Virus record (IMG/VR): IMGVR_UViG_3300002052_000004
Coordinates: 1-60,562 of that record
Direction: 5' to 3' (one strand)
DNA length: 60,562 nt
Origin: a virus
Lineage: Duplodnaviria; Caudoviricetes
The position numbers were made by a program, and so were the translations under genes. Under the pieces are notes generated by a model that was given only the letters and a program-made list of their open reading frames with translations, did no database searches and had not been told where the DNA came from. Every line of letters starts with the position of its first letter. Within the stretch, counting starts at the first letter, position 1. This document shows, piece after piece, positions 18,882-28,690 of the stretch.

Positions 18882-19286
18882 TCAGACCACTGCTCCTTGA
18901 TTCGGTCCCTCACAAAGCATGAAGCCCACATTTTTAATTCCATGAACCATCAACAGTCTTTTCTGAATCTCTTTCGAAATGTCTTCTACTGTTGGAATGC
19001 CGTCAACTGTAACGATGTTTAAATGTACACCGAGCCCTTTGTCTACAATTACTGTGTTTACCTCCTGCCAATATAATTCATCTCTCTTCGATATAATCAA
19101 CGCATGGTCGAATTCTTTAATTATTGTCTTAATAATTCCGAAGTCAACGAACTCTCCTTCTTCACATTCTATAACCATATCTCTCACGAAATACGTGTGA
19201 CCATGTAATGCTCCACACTTCGGGTGCTCCGGTATATAATGTGCGGAGTTAAACGTCAACTCTTTTATATACAATGTATTGAGCAA
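18882..19286 (-). CDS. queD: 6-carboxytetrahydropterin synthase
   Basis: FNSAH...CGALHGHTY, VDFG, FDH, PTVE. Confidence 0.93.
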   Translation of the reverse strand: MLNTLYIKELTFNSAHYIPEHPKCGALHGHTYFVRDMVIECEEGEFVDFGIIKTIIKEFDHALIISKRDELYWQEVNTVIVDKGLGVHLNIVTVDGIPTVEDISKEIQKRLLMVHGIKNVGFMLCEGPNQGAVV

Positions 19287-19499
19287 TCTCTCACCTCCAT
19301 TCTTTTCTGTAGTTTCATCGTCCGATATTTCTTCTTCCGACGAGACTTATCCATATCCATTCGGTCAAATCGCGCTTCTGTTCGGTAGGTTAACTCTCGC
19401 CGTTTAGTTTTTCCCATTTCTACCACTCTTCGTCTTCTTCATCTTCCCATTCTTCTTCTTCCTCTGTCACAGTTGATTCATCCTCTTCTTCTTCCTCTG

Positions 19500-20261
19500 T
19501 CATGCGGCTATCACCTCCCTGTGGTTCTGCCAGCATGGGCAGTCTAAGATATACGAACAATACCGACAGAAACGTGACGCTCGGCAAGGGAAATAATTAT
19601 CCTCATGGGCTTGACGAAAATCTCCCACCCACTTCCTTACCCGTCTAACCGTGGAGTATTTCACTTCCTCGCTCCACGACTTATTCAACTGCGGATTATA
19701 GTAACCGATGTAATTGCACGGCCAGTCAAACTTCCCTGACCGGTTTATTCCCATGTTATAGAAAGTCAACTCATCGCGCATCTTACTCTCCATGAACCAC
19801 TTGCCCGTTTTGTACTCTATATTCATAAGAGCCTTACACACTGGCAACCGGTCAATCCTATCAATCGTATAAGTCGAATCACCGAGGTCTAACTCTAACT
19901 CCGTTGCAATAGGTTTCCAGTAGATTATCGCAGCATCTGGTCCGACCATAAAAGCTAATCTTACCCATTCTCCTGCCTCCCATTGAAGGAAGTTCCACAT
20001 CCATTCACGGAGTATGGCATTCTTCTCGGGCAAAAATCCTCGAAGGATTGTAAATACACTTTCCTTTGTTCCACATCCCATAAGTCTCTCAACATCCACT
20101 TCGTCGAAGAAATTCTTCGCGAGCTTATGAAATGCTCTGCCGAATTGCATCTCCACTCCATTAATCAACGGTCGGTTCAAGAGCCATCTCTGTTCATAAA
20201 ACCTCGGACAGATTGCCCACATCATGAGCTTGCTCTTACGAACCACAACCATGTTGAGCAT
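19500..20261 (-). CDS. Cas4-like PD-(D/E)XK exonuclease
   Basis: N-terminal CP, GRAFH, IDRID, IEYKTG, C-terminal CRYCSYILDC cluster. Confidence 0.85.
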   Translation of the reverse strand: MLNMVVVRKSKLMMWAICPRFYEQRWLLNRPLINGVEMQFGRAFHKLAKNFFDEVDVERLMGCGTKESVFTILRGFLPEKNAILREWMWNFLQWEAGEWVRLAFMVGPDAAIIYWKPIATELELDLGDSTYTIDRIDRLPVCKALMNIEYKTGKWFMESKMRDELTFYNMGINRSGKFDWPCNYIGYYNPQLNKSWSEEVKYSTVRRVRKWVGDFRQAHEDNYFPCRASRFCRYCSYILDCPCWQNHREVIAA

Positions 20262-20313
20262 CTCGCAGTTACATATTCCCTGAACCTCTATTTAACTTTT
20301 TGGGTGCAAATGT

Positions 20314-20571
20314 TCATTCAGCATACTCCACAGGCCCTAACGCCTGTAAACCTCTATTCGTACCTGTTAGCTTCAATATTCGTGACCGTGGAAAGTATAT
20401 CGGATGTGAGTTATCGAACTCCTCAGGAGGTAATATCTTCATATCCCAGATGTATGCAAACGGGCAGATGTGTGAAAGTCTGTCTGAGAATACGGTGTCT
20501 ACCGCCTCAATCGGACATCTGTCGCAGAAGAAGAAATCTATTGCTTTGTGTATCGCTCTACCTAGGTCCAT
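20314..20571 (-). CDS. Hypothetical protein
   Basis: ORF overlapping the end of PolB. Confidence 0.45.
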   Translation of the reverse strand: MDLGRAIHKAIDFFFCDRCPIEAVDTVFSDRLSHICPFAYIWDMKILPPEEFDNSHPIYFPRSRILKLTGTNRGLQALGPVEYAE

Positions 20572-23300
20572 TTTGACAACTTCAACTCCTTTGTTTCCTT
20601 CATTTCAAGAGGCCTTGACTTCACTTCGTGATGTAGGACAACCTTCCCTTTGAACTTCTTTGTCTTCTTCCCTTCGGTAACCTCCTCCCAATCTACACCG
20701 ATAGCGTTGAAGAGGGGTTTGAAATGGTTCGTCAATACCAATCCTCTCATCTTCTCCCAGTCTACGAACGGGTAGAGTTCATCTGGCATCCTCTCATCGG
20801 TCTCGGTCAAGCAAATAACATCTGTATCACAACCTCGCTCGGTTTCTGCCAAAGCGTTAGTCTTAAATTTCCTTCCCTCTGCGTACTTCCTCTTACGTTC
20901 CTCTCTCATAAGGTCTTTAGTTTTCGCTCCCTTAATCTTCTTCTTCGTCGCAGTCGTCCTCCGACCGAGCATCCAGAAGAGTAACGGCTTCTTATCCTCG
21001 CGGAAAACCTTCCCGAAACGCTCCGTCATGTAATCGCAGCCATCCTTCCAAGGGTTACGTGCTATATACTTCTCCTCATGCAATCCCCTCGGTAGACCGA
21101 TAGTATTCATCAGCTGTTCAGGTAATGTCATCCATGCATGTTTAATGAGTGCCTTTGCTCCTTCCACTTGTTTCTTCACTAGGACTAACTCCAACCATCG
21201 TAACATCAATCTTCTCGTATATGATGGCGTACTACTTCTCCTCGGTGCAAGTCCGACAACGTAAAGATTATTATTCTTATCCGTATATGCATACCTTTTC
21301 TTCGCCGCTGTAATCCTTCCTCTCTTCTTCTCAATCTTCGGAACGAATATAATCCGTCTACAGTATTGCTCATACTTCGCCTCGATGTTGAATGTCGCTC
21401 CTGCCCTCCACGCAATCCTCTTAAGTGTCTTATTAACTATTGTTTCAATCACCCGGCCTTCTTCTGGCATATCTGTGCGAAGTTGTGTGAAGAGTGAATC
21501 CGTATCACCGTATCTTACTTTATATCCTCCTTTCTCACAATCTATCTTACACTCGAGTAACGCTTTCCTACCGAGGAATGTTATTGCCCTCCTCACAGCA
21601 TCACTGTACAATCGGAAGTTCTCATAGCCGGTAACTCCGTAGTAACTGCACGCGAGAAACTTGTGAAGCGTCTCCAACATCTTATTCATTTCATAGTTAG
21701 GATGTGTTGGAGACATCGTTCGCAGTATTGCCCTATACTTCTCCCTCTCCTCCATGTCGTATCGTACTGCTTTCGGCAAGATTCCTTCTGGTTTCCGACG
21801 AAAGTGCATTACCGTACCATCTTCCATCGGACCGACAATAATGTCATCCCACCGCCAATCCTTCGAGTCGGCAACAAATGTCTCAGGCGAGAGGTTATAC
21901 ACCCGAATCAACATGGGGTACAGGGCTTTCTCGTCTATTATTACAATGTGTTCATGAATCCCTATGTCAGGGAGGAGTACTATCGCTCCTTTCACTCTAT
22001 GCTTCTTTCCGTACTCTCTCGTCGGTAATGGCGCATCTCCACGAAGTCTAAGTAATCGCGTATCTATCAACCGCGAGTTATGTATAGCAAACTCGAGAGG
22101 AAGACCGACTATCCTTCGGAGCCTGTCGAAGTACGCAACAAGTTGTTTCTCCTTATCGAGAATATACAGTGCGTACGCATCCCCCGCACAATACTCCGCC
22201 CATTTAAGAGGGTGCTTCGAACGACTCTCTCTTACCTTATCGCCAAGGTCAACATAATAAAACCCGCACTCTTTCTCCATAACCAAGTGGAAGTCGAATG
22301 TGCTTGTAAAATCCTTCCCTGGTATGACTCTCTTTGCACCTTGCCTCCCTCCGGCCCACTTCCTATACATCTTGTAGAAGTCAATCATCGAGATACCTTT
22401 CACTCGCGATACAAGCCGCCATTTCTTTACCTGAGGTGTTCCTACCTTCCTAGCAATATCCTTTCGCACACCTCTCTGGGGTTTGAACTTACTCTCCGTG
22501 AGTCCGAACGGCGAGAGACGTTTCAAAACACTATGTAACTGCAACTTCTCTCCGCGTCTAATCCAGTACGGCCAATCAAACCCATCGGAGTAGTAACCCC
22601 CTGCTGCATCGAAGTCTTGCCAAACCGACCATAGTGTAGCGTCATGAATCATCGGTCTCTCTTCGTCATATAAGTAAATCGTCGGTTTGACTTTCACATC
22701 CCACTCTCTGCCACCGAGCTTTCTATGAAACGTAATCGGTAGTGTTATGGCATTCTTACAGCCAATGAATCCTTTAGGAATCGGTAGCTCCTCTGTGATG
22801 GGTAAATCCGTTTTAAGCATAAAAAGCGTGAGGTCTTTCGTGTAGTTATTACTGAACTGAAAACTCACAATCGGCCAGATAGGGTCCCTTGGTTTCGCCA
22901 TAATCTCAGGCGGTGTCTCCACTTCGATGTCGAAATAACCTTTCTTCGGCGGGATATCTAAACTCGGTGCAGCGAAAATCTCTCCATTCTCTAAGCCGTA
23001 ACCGCACTTTACCCCTTTGTCGAGCAAGTACCGCCACTCGAAAAGTATGTCTGCCTCGCAGTGATACTTAAACTTATCTCGGAGTCTCCTGACCTCACTC
23101 GGCATTACTGTATCTACCCGTTGAATCGAGTCTCCGAAGAGATTCTTTCCCGCTCCTGTTCCATTCGCCCAGAAGTGAGGAACCTTTCCGTCGATTCGAT
23201 GTGACTGCCTCACTCTATTCTTATCCCTACTACGGAGAAATATTACGGGCTTGCCACCTATCGGATGATAGCCCTGATTCATAAGGTCGAATCTATTCAT
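20562..23300 (-). CDS. polB: Family B DNA polymerase
   Basis: Exo I FDIE, Exo II FDWPY, Exo III YCAGD; polymerase motifs DEKALYP, KFLACSYYG, YGDTDS, KKRYA. Confidence 0.95.
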   Translation of the reverse strand: MNRFDLMNQGYHPIGGKPVIFLRSRDKNRVRQSHRIDGKVPHFWANGTGAGKNLFGDSIQRVDTVMPSEVRRLRDKFKYHCEADILFEWRYLLDKGVKCGYGLENGEIFAAPSLDIPPKKGYFDIEVETPPEIMAKPRDPIWPIVSFQFSNNYTKDLTLFMLKTDLPITEELPIPKGFIGCKNAITLPITFHRKLGGREWDVKVKPTIYLYDEERPMIHDATLWSVWQDFDAAGGYYSDGFDWPYWIRRGEKLQLHSVLKRLSPFGLTESKFKPQRGVRKDIARKVGTPQVKKWRLVSRVKGISMIDFYKMYRKWAGGRQGAKRVIPGKDFTSTFDFHLVMEKECGFYYVDLGDKVRESRSKHPLKWAEYCAGDAYALYILDKEKQLVAYFDRLRRIVGLPLEFAIHNSRLIDTRLLRLRGDAPLPTREYGKKHRVKGAIVLLPDIGIHEHIVIIDEKALYPMLIRVYNLSPETFVADSKDWRWDDIIVGPMEDGTVMHFRRKPEGILPKAVRYDMEEREKYRAILRTMSPTHPNYEMNKMLETLHKFLACSYYGVTGYENFRLYSDAVRRAITFLGRKALLECKIDCEKGGYKVRYGDTDSLFTQLRTDMPEEGRVIETIVNKTLKRIAWRAGATFNIEAKYEQYCRRIIFVPKIEKKRGRITAAKKRYAYTDKNNNLYVVGLAPRRSSTPSYTRRLMLRWLELVLVKKQVEGAKALIKHAWMTLPEQLMNTIGLPRGLHEEKYIARNPWKDGCDYMTERFGKVFREDKKPLLFWMLGRRTTATKKKIKGAKTKDLMREERKRKYAEGRKFKTNALAETERGCDTDVICLTETDERMPDELYPFVDWEKMRGLVLTNHFKPLFNAIGVDWEEVTEGKKTKKFKGKVVLHHEVKSRPLEMKETKELKLSKWT

Positions 23301-23659
23301 GCGTTTTTCCTCGCCTCCTGTTCTTTCTTCTCCTTCGCGAGCTCTGCATAATACTCTCCTATAGTTAAATGACTATACGCGGGCATCGTATAATCATCCA
23401 ATGGAGTTACGAAGTCAAAGAATATCATCGGGTCACTTAAGATAATGTCTATACGCCCTTTCTCGTTTATCCATGTCTCAAGATAAGTTGCGAAGCTATC
23501 TTGGTCTTCATCATCCCAAAAGAACCAACCATGTACGATGCTTATCCATTTAAGGTTGTCAGTTCCTCCACTATTATAATCAACCTGTGGATAGCCGTAA
23601 TCCTCTAACCCTATGTTGGAGCCTGTAGTCACTGTAAGAGCTATCTTATCTTCTTTCAT
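23297..23659 (-). CDS. Hypothetical acidic protein
   Basis: ORF with RBS, translationally coupled to polB. Confidence 0.6.
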   Translation of the reverse strand: MKEDKIALTVTTGSNIGLEDYGYPQVDYNSGGTDNLKWISIVHGWFFWDDEDQDSFATYLETWINEKGRIDIILSDPMIFFDFVTPLDDYTMPAYSHLTIGEYYAELAKEKKEQEARKNA

Positions 23660-23806
23660 TCTTCTTCCTCCTATGAGCGCCCCAATATGTTCGACATCTT
23701 ATCAGACACATATCACAATTCGTCCCTGCACACATCTCAACCATCACTTTACTACCTCCTTTGTCCGTTTGGTCTATGTTGTCGTAGTAGTCGTAGTAGT
23801 CGTAAA

Positions 23807-24514
23807 TTAAACACTATGTGCAACCTCCAAGAGCTTGTTGATGTTCCAGCGCAGAACATCAAGATACGGTGCAGTTAACTTAGTGTACTCAAAATTACAC
23901 CTCTTCCCTTCGTGCTGTCTGAACACATCGATATACTTCCCAGCGAGTGCTGCGGAGAACGGCATCGATGTATCAACGGAACGAATGAGTCCCTTCGGGT
24001 AGCAGAGGAGCTCGGCGAGTAAATCGCAACCGATAAGATGGTGCTCCTTATTTTTCGCGAGCCATCCTTTGCTGTGTAAGTAGTTGACCACCTGTGGTCT
24101 TAAGTGAAGTTGCTTCTCTAACCATATCGGAAAACACAGTACATCGAGCTCCGGAATCTTTGCGAACTCTAGATAACACGCAATAAAGCTCTCAGCATTG
24201 AACCCTTGTGGAACCGCTGCGAACTTCAAACCATACTTCGGGTGTTTCGCATACTTCCCAACGAACTCCATAGTTGAGCTGATATCATTAATCACATCAG
24301 GTAGGACTATCTCATTCGCTCCCATCTGTTGTGCAAGTCCAACAAGTTCATCCATATCCAGTGGTGTACCTGTCTCGTACGTGCCGTTATCTACCATCTT
24401 ATACTTGTTCTCATTAACAAAGAACTCTGTCGCGTTCTGCGGTAGGATGAAATGTATATCACCGAACCTTGTGTACTCCAAAAGATTCTTCGGTGCGATT
24501 AATCCGACTTTCAC
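23807..24514 (-). CDS. dpdA: TGT-fold DNA deazaguanine transglycosylase (DpdA-like)
   Basis: TGT-like motif series MVDNG, LPD, VPQG, HHLIG, SVDTS; genome also encodes folE/queD/queE/queC. Confidence 0.65.
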   Translation of the reverse strand: MKVGLIAPKNLLEYTRFGDIHFILPQNATEFFVNENKYKMVDNGTYETGTPLDMDELVGLAQQMGANEIVLPDVINDISSTMEFVGKYAKHPKYGLKFAAVPQGFNAESFIACYLEFAKIPELDVLCFPIWLEKQLHLRPQVVNYLHSKGWLAKNKEHHLIGCDLLAELLCYPKGLIRSVDTSMPFSAALAGKYIDVFRQHEGKRCNFEYTKLTAPYLDVLRWNINKLLEVAHSV

Positions 24515-24517
24515 ACT

Positions 24518-24781
24518 TTAACCTCCTTTACAACTAGTTCTCGGTAGATTTATCTTCTTCGTAAGACGTTCGTGTACCTTTTCTGCGTAATTAGCTAAGT
24601 CCATCATTTCTTCAGCAAGGACTTTGACAGTAGACTCATTGATTGGTATGTTGGCTGCTCGCGCTGCTTTGAATCGTATCTGTTGCAGAATCATATCTAA
24701 CGGGCAGGTGTCATAGAACTTTTTGTACGTTTGATTTCGTCCTTTAGTAATCCGTTCGCGTTCATCGTTAAATGTGTTCAT
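24518..24781 (-). CDS. Nucleotide-modification-associated (Nmad1/MazG-like) helical protein
   Basis: RNQTY...IRFKAAR...MDLANYA pattern; adjacent to the DpdA-like gene. Confidence 0.55.
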   Translation of the reverse strand: MNTFNDERERITKGRNQTYKKFYDTCPLDMILQQIRFKAARAANIPINESTVKVLAEEMMDLANYAEKVHERLTKKINLPRTSCKGG

Positions 24782-24793
24782 TTCACTCCCTCC

Positions 24794-25030
24794 TCATAAC
24801 ATTTCATTCCAAATAGCTTCAATCTCGGTTTGGTTTTCAACCTTTACTATTTTCCTACAGCGTATTGCCCAAACGAACGGTTTGTCTCCACACGGTTGAT
24901 ATAGTGAAAGTATCTCCCACCCGTGGTCTCTTAATATCTTTAGAATTCTATCCACAGGACCCTGCTGCAAGTCTACTTCAACATGGCGGATGTCTTCTTT
25001 CTGTAGGAACCGGACGGTATATTGTATCAT
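24794..25030 (-). CDS. Hypothetical protein
   Basis: ORF with RBS GAGGTGA. Confidence 0.55.
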   Translation of the reverse strand: MIQYTVRFLQKEDIRHVEVDLQQGPVDRILKILRDHGWEILSLYQPCGDKPFVWAIRCRKIVKVENQTEIEAIWNEML

Positions 25031-25039
25031 ATTCTCACC

Positions 25040-25312
25040 TCACTTTAACCTCTCGTAACTGCTAAACTCCTCGAACTTCTCTACATCGATTATCGGAACG
25101 TACCCGTGCTTCTGTTCATCCGAAGTCTTAATAGTCAAGTTCTCCATACCGATGAACTTTCCGAGTCGCTCCTTGTAGCGCACTACCCAAACTACTGTTA
25201 CGTCTACAGCAATCTGCCCGATGTAATAGAGGTCTTTAAACCTGTAAATCCTGTTTGCTCCGAATAGCATAAGGTCTTGTAGTGTAGACAACCAAACTGC
25301 AACAACTTTCAC
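25040..25312 (-). CDS. Hypothetical protein
   Basis: ORF with RBS; C-terminal VPIIDVE. Confidence 0.55.
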   Translation of the reverse strand: MKVVAVWLSTLQDLMLFGANRIYRFKDLYYIGQIAVDVTVVWVVRYKERLGKFIGMENLTIKTSDEQKHGYVPIIDVEKFEEFSSYERLK

Positions 25313-25436
25313 TGTGACTCCTCCATAAGTATGTGGGGATGTCCTCTCAGGGACTTACGTACCTCTTTACCTATCAGGGTGCTTCTACTCTGCCCTTGTT
25401 GAGAACATCCCCTGCATGGCATGCAACATGATAAGT

Positions 25437-26160
25437 TCATAAACTCACCAACACCTTATGAGTGTTTAGAAACTCGTTTGGAAAAAGTTCTCTAGCATAG
25501 AGTAGTGCAATTCTTGCCTTTTCCTTCCATTTGGAACCTCTACGCTCAATCCAGTATTGTCTAAGACCCATTTTCGCGTCGTCTTTAAGGTCGTAGATTG
25601 ATGTTATAAGTTCAACTTCCACAGCTTTCTCTCGACTCATTTACACACCTGCCAGTTGCTCCCAGGCGAGCATTCTTTGCATTGAGCTATATGCGTACTG
25701 CTGTAAACCTTCTTGTTAAAGTAGTCATCCTTCAGAACCCAGATGAATACCTCTCTTCCACACTTCTTGCACTTGTTCAACACTCGCTCGCAGACATCCT
25801 GATTGATAATCTCCTCTAGTGCCTTCGTGAGAGGTTTCCCATACTTCTTCTTAATCTCCTCAGCGATGTCTCTCCGTATCCAAACGCTCTCTATCACCCA
25901 CTCGCTCACGTCTTTTGTGCTCATCTTGTCGGCTCCCCTAAGTATCCGCCTTTTGTAGAATCGCTATTGAATCTTGCTCCCTCTGGCGTAGCATATATAG
26001 CATCTCCCAGTCGGCGAACAAAGAAATGATGTCCATCAGCTGTCTTCACCCAGAAGCAACCAGCATGGCGTATGGGCAATCTCTTCCCTTTGTCAGAAGT
26101 GACTTTCGTTTGCAATATGTTCTCAAGAACCATCTTCTCTCTCTCGCTAAGTCTTACCAT
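25437..26160 (-). other. Three coupled small hypothetical CDSs (25437-25640, 25637-25924 Zn-finger, 25921-26160)
   Basis: Overlapping ATGA junctions; two CxxC pairs in the middle ORF. Confidence 0.55.
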
Positions 26161-26969
26161 ACTTTCACCCCCAAGTCCTCTTCTAACTTATCAAGAACCG
26201 CTTTAAACGTAATATCCGTAAACACTGGTCGCCATCCTTTCTTGAATCTACACTTCGTCACGAACGCCTTGTACTCTACTGGTTTCCCAGGTGGCTCGAA
26301 CCTCTTAGCATGGATAACCAAATCGAACCTATGTGGAAGTGCTCTCTCTACTCTCGGTCTGAACGTCCCTGTCGAATCCCCACTAACATAAACATCCTGT
26401 GGATGTGCGGTGCAAATCAGATGGACTGGTTTTGCTAGCAACCGGAAGATTATCGTCTTAATCCTGTGTCTCGCTTTCGGCCAGTTGAAACGCAAAAGTT
26501 GTCCAGTGGATTTTGCTTTCACGCCAACTCCCTCCAGCCATTCCTGTATCCAGTCCCAAATGTCTGTCAATGAGTCAATCACTACTACTCCTGCGATAGG
26601 ATTCTCTGGTGTAACTTTGTCTGTAAACTCCTTAATCGCTGTGAGCTGTCGCTCCAAGTTCGTTAACGCTACAAACGGGTCGGGCATATCACTATTCGGG
26701 TCAAGGTACGTTGCATCACTCCAGTGTATCTGTTTGAGCTCTTCCTCTGAGAAATGCTGGAACAACGGTGGTGCTCCTAGCTCCGTATCCCAGTAGAACA
26801 CAGGTGGACATACTTTCACTGCACTGAGACAAAATCCTGACTTCATCGTATCCGTATCACCGAAGATAAGTACTTTCAATCCAGTCTTGTGTGTCGCAAC
26901 GACATCAGCTTTCTGGAACACCTTATCTACCGTTTCGGCTGGTCCTGCTCCCCATCCCATACATCTCAC
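26154..26969 (-). CDS. AAA/RecA-like ATPase (Sak4-like recombinase)
   Basis: GDTDTMKS P-loop-like, WDTELG, VVIDSLT, LICTAH, FDLV. Confidence 0.75.
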   Translation of the reverse strand: MRCMGWGAGPAETVDKVFQKADVVATHKTGLKVLIFGDTDTMKSGFCLSAVKVCPPVFYWDTELGAPPLFQHFSEEELKQIHWSDATYLDPNSDMPDPFVALTNLERQLTAIKEFTDKVTPENPIAGVVVIDSLTDIWDWIQEWLEGVGVKAKSTGQLLRFNWPKARHRIKTIIFRLLAKPVHLICTAHPQDVYVSGDSTGTFRPRVERALPHRFDLVIHAKRFEPPGKPVEYKAFVTKCRFKKGWRPVFTDITFKAVLDKLEEDLGVKVW

Positions 26970-26973
26970 CTCC

Positions 26974-27168
26974 TCACTCTATATTAATTTCCGTTACCAA
27001 GTCGAAATCAATCTTCCAGTGCTTACCAACCACTTTTGGTATCGCGTCTCCCATTGTGCAAACTGTATCTGAACCTATTTGAATATAGATGTTATCCACG
27101 CTAAATCCTAGCTCTATAGCTTTTTCACGTAACTTCTTAAGTTTTTCGCGCATAGTTGCTTCGTTCAC
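26974..27168 (-). CDS. Hypothetical protein
   Basis: ORF with RBS GGAGG. Confidence 0.5.
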   Translation of the reverse strand: MNEATMREKLKKLREKAIELGFSVDNIYIQIGSDTVCTMGDAIPKVVGKHWKIDFDLVTEINIE

Positions 27169-27179
27169 ATTTATCCCTC

Positions 27180-27692
27180 CTAACCCTCATGTTGACAGAT
27201 GTGTGCTGTCACACTACTCACACCTGCTTTATATCCTTCCAAGTATGCTTCTGAAACAATTGCGTTCTTCGCTAACTGTCGGAGGAGTGCAAACTCCGCG
27301 GACGGATATTCAACTTGCGCGTGGAGACCTTTCTGTTTCCAGCTATCCTTCTTCTGGTCATTTATTCCAGAGAGAACTCTCTCAAGCGTACTACCAGACA
27401 AAGTTCCATTTATCGCTTTCTCAATAGCGCTTTGCCTATTCTTCATCAAAGTTCGTAGGAACTTCTTGTGCTCCTCATATGGGTTTTCTGAGAACGTCTT
27501 GTAGTGACACTCGAGACACAACAACCGGCAATTTTCCATCTTAATGTTCGAATTATCTCCATCAGCATGATGTCTATGGAAGCCTTGAACCAATGGATTG
27601 AAGCACGTGCTGTTTGCACACACTCCATCTTGTTTCTTAAATACTTCATCAACTATCCACTGTGGAAAGTTCTTTCTTGTCTTCTCGCTCAT
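27180..27692 (-). CDS. HNH endonuclease with helical C-terminal extension
   Basis: RKNFP...KQDGVCA...C...HHADGDNSN...NCRLLCLECH; RBS GGAGGTGA places the start at ATG 27692. Confidence 0.85.
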   Translation of the reverse strand: MSEKTRKNFPQWIVDEVFKKQDGVCANSTCFNPLVQGFHRHHADGDNSNIKMENCRLLCLECHYKTFSENPYEEHKKFLRTLMKNRQSAIEKAINGTLSGSTLERVLSGINDQKKDSWKQKGLHAQVEYPSAEFALLRQLAKNAIVSEAYLEGYKAGVSSVTAHICQHEG

Positions 27693-27729
27693 ACATTTCA
27701 CCTCCAGCTCTCGAGTGGTCATACGTTGG

Positions 27730-28680
27730 CAGGTCGGTAACATGGTCTCTGCGGAGACCGCTCATGCTGAGTTTTCACAAGACCACATCCTGAGGGTCAC
27801 TCAGGCAAGTCATGTCTCTGGGGCTATGCGTTGGGTGCCAGAGCTCTCAGCATAGGAGTTTCTTTCACCTCCCTCGTAGAGCGCATCACTCTACTAGTTA
27901 CCCCGCTGTGCGGCCACTTATACCCCGTTCGTTACCTTATGAGGGATTATCCCACATTGGTATGCCTACCTGTGCAGTCTAAAGGACCTTCTTGATTCGG
28001 AGTCTTCCAGGTGTGTTACCTAGTCAACCCATGCCTTCAAGAAGGGGGTGTTTCCTTCATACTTTTGCAGTGGGCCTTTGTTGGGCAGCTTCTCGGTGCT
28101 GCGACCTCCCTAATACAACCCTCTCCGAGCCGGTCCGGAATCAAACCCGAACCAGAGGGTTGCCTCGCTTGCCGCACGGATTCCCGAGCTGCCTCTCAAC
28201 GAGGGCATATGGGAAGCACGGTACTCGAGGTCGTGCTTTCAGCCATGTACTAAGTAACTGCGTCCTGCATGAGGTGGCGTCTTACGACGTAGGCCTCTCG
28301 ACAGCTACGCAATTACTCAGCCCTTTCTCCTCACCAGGTGGGGCTTCCAACGACCTTTCACGGATGATGCACAGCGTACCGACCTGACCTCACGCGCGCA
28401 TACGTGTGTAGTTCATCCAGGTTTTCAAGGCCAGGAATCTACCTTTTTCACAGCGACTTTGGTTCGGTCGTGCATTATGGACATGCTCTTTAATCGGATT
28501 ATTTAGCTGCACATCGACCTATCTCGGCTGGGGTGAGCCAAACCGAGTTTAGTTTAAATAATGGGAAGGTTAATGGTGTCCTGGTTAGCGAGGCTAAATG
28601 CCAAAGTGACTCCCTCAAACTTACAACTCTAAGGCTGAGATGGTCACTGGAGTAGCTTTCTCGACCAGAACATCCATTTC
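27730..28680 (-). ncRNA. Candidate large structured non-coding RNA
   Basis: Gap of ~950 bp with no credible ORF and many complementary segments: 27730-27739/28377-28386, 27764-27771/27846-27853, 27970-27976/28368-28374, 28116-28124/28154-28162; GNRA-type loops on the - strand. Confidence 0.65.
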
Positions 28681-28690
28681 ATCTCTGTAC

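Noticed and set aside
19500-20261. Cas4 as part of a CRISPR-Cas system
   Set aside because: Solo Cas4-like nuclease beside polB; no cas1/cas2 or array seen
23778-23805. (GTCGTAGTA)n short tandem repeat
   Set aside because: Too short to assign a function; probably a microsatellite
25335-25412. Second hammerhead ribozyme
   Set aside because: CUGAUAG and CUGAGAG do not fit CUGANGA, and there is no correctly placed GAAA
27730-28680. Group I/II intron, RNase P RNA or IscB omega RNA
   Set aside because: No group II domain V, group I P7 consensus or RNase P P4 signature recognised; no interrupted gene; the adjacent HNH protein lacks RuvC/PLMP features
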